A stretch of 62,940 nt of DNA, filler included, from Catajapyx aquilonaris (taxonomy: Eukaryota), in NCBI GenBank assembly GCA_000934665.2. It is 2 parts of 2 records of this genome, joined end to end, with 100 filler letters (N's around TTAATTAATTAA, not from the genome) between each part and the next. Parts side by side here need not be neighbours in the genome. Positions count along the whole stretch, not along the records: positions 31,467 to 62,940 come from JYFJ02004555.1; 1 more part is not named here. The stretch is one strand, 5' to 3'. The notes under the pieces were generated by a model that was not told the origin of the DNA, ran no database searches, and saw only the letters and a list, made by a program, of their open reading frames with translations. Positions within the stretch are counted from its first letter, which is position 1, and each line of letters opens with the position of its first letter. Of the stretch, positions 61,418 to 62,940 are shown piece after piece. The translations under genes were made by a program, and so were the position numbers.

Positions 61418-61645
61418 CACTTACCCCATATTGCGGGGCAAGTGCAGCATTGTGCACCACGTGTATATATTAATTATTTTCCTGAGCACCCACACAATGA
61501 ATGTTATGTAATAGGCCACTTTGAAAGCCAATAAGGTAAGGTATATTGTCCATTACTTTATTTTCTCACTTGCTAAGTACTGAGGAAGTAGCATGCCTTG
61601 AACTGCACCTAATCAAAATCCAGCCTCACTTACCCCAACTTATCG
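61418..61645 (+). mobile_element. right part of pogo-like MITE (family of 45620-46251)
   Basis: Collinear with 46060-46251; ends CTTACCCCAACTTATCG|TA. Confidence 0.65.
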
Positions 61646-61673
61646 TATGTGGGTGTGGGTGGGTGGGGGTGTC

Positions 61674-61698
61674 TGTGTGTGTGTGTGTGTGTGTGGGG

Positions 61699-61730
<32 letters not shown>
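61674..61730. repeat. compound (GT)n/(GA)n microsatellite
   Basis: Direct reading. Confidence 0.9.
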
Positions 61731-61733
<3 letters not shown>

Positions 61734-62026
61734 GACTTTGTGACAAATCAGTTTTTCGAATCTCATGCCACTATTATTTGAACTTTTTAACTGAAACCAG
61801 CACCAGTAGATGGCTGCGAATGTGATGCCACCTAGTGGCTAGCATAGCTGGAGAAGCTTCCACACCTTGCGCATTGTTGGCAGTGACATTTCAAGTTTGC
61901 AAACTGCGAGGATTGTTTGCACTTCTTCCTGTTACTTTCCCTGACAGTGACTCGCATAGTTGCGAAGATAATAGTAAAACATGTAAATTATTTTGAAGAC
62001 AAATTCATTGGCTAAGAAATGATATA

Positions 62027-62612
62027 CAGTAAAACTTCTATAAGTCGAACTTTCCTAAGGCGAAGTTCTCTATAAGTCGAAGAAAATTATGAGCTTGGTT
62101 GGTCACAATGTAAAAGAATAGGATATAGACTTGCCTAACTCGAATTTCTATAACTTGAAGTTCTCCATAACTCGAAGTGCAGGCAGGGCCTTACGATGGG
62201 ATATCAATGCATTTCCAGTCTCCCTAAGTCGAAGTTCATGTTGCCGAGTACGGAAAATTTTCTCATTTCCCAGCCGAAGGGTCGATAGTAGGCCGCATGT
62301 ACAGAAAGGCTCAATTTCCTGATCTGAGTCTACCAGACGTACCGAAGGAAGTGTTTGACTCGATTGTGACAATTTAATCCTTGAATCTAAGAGTAGGAAA
62401 ATGTCCATAACGGAGATTTTTTTAACAACAAAACAATGAGGAACATTGTAAGTGTGATAGTGACAGTTATTTTTAAGTTTTGAACACCTTTTGTCTCTGG
62501 ATATAAAGGTATAGGCTTCCTTATAGAGTTCTGTACTTTAAAAAATCCAAACTTCTCTAACTCGAAGTTTTTTCCCGGTCCCATGGAGATTAGAGTTATA
62601 GAAGTTTTACTG
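62027..62612 (-). mobile_element. pogo/Tigger-like MITE (copy of 57634-58173)
   Basis: TA|CAGTAAAACTTCTATAA ... TTATAGAAGTTTTACTG|TA. Confidence 0.88.
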
Positions 62613-62847
62613 TAACATGATGCCAGATTGACCTTGATTTGTAGGAGATATGAATTTTGTACTTTTGTGGGGTGACTTTGTGACAGCATCAACTTGTCAC
62701 AAAGTCAGTCCACGGATATTATTTTAACCCTGGAACCGTGCCGTGCCTACGAGTATTATGGCAACAGTGCTGTGGGGTCTTTTCGGACCCCACCATATTT
62801 TAATTTTTATTAATTATTATATCATACTTTTCAATGTATTGACTATA

Positions 62848-62940
62848 CAGGGTGTTTACGACCTAACTTTACAAACTTCTAGTGGTGATAGAGGGGACCA
62901 AGACAAACATATTTGACATAGGAACCCGTGTCCGGAAACG
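62848..62940 (+). mobile_element. probable left end of a Tc1/mariner-like element running off the window
   Basis: TA|CAGGGTG terminus only. Confidence 0.4.

Overview
Eukaryotic (metazoan, arthropod-like) genomic DNA in two pieces, joined at 31367-31466 by an artificial 100-bp spacer (44 N + TTAATTAATTAA + 44 N), so their adjacency is not established. The right piece holds a complete + strand sorting nexin SNX5/6/32-family gene (Snx6). It has 11 coding exons (36022-59734, 408 aa), a candidate 18-nt alternative microexon (59281-59298) and a 20.4-kb seventh intron. That intron is packed with tRNA-derived SINEs and non-autonomous DNA transposons (Tc1/mariner, hAT, piggyBac-, Harbinger- and Sola-like), including nested insertions with intact TSDs and palindromic foldback elements built from two copies of the same transposon end. 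The left piece holds a tRNA-Phe(GAA) gene, a few SINEs, MITEs and palindromes, and about 27 kb of unexplained, TE-poor, CpG-retaining sequence in alternating GC-richer and AT-rich blocks with many short unrecognisable ORFs. I found no CRISPR array or other prokaryotic system and cannot demonstrate a new biological system. The best leads are the unexplained left block, the microexon, the foldback elements and a possible divergent non-coding or snoRNA transcript upstream of Snx6. All calls were made by eye, without database searches.
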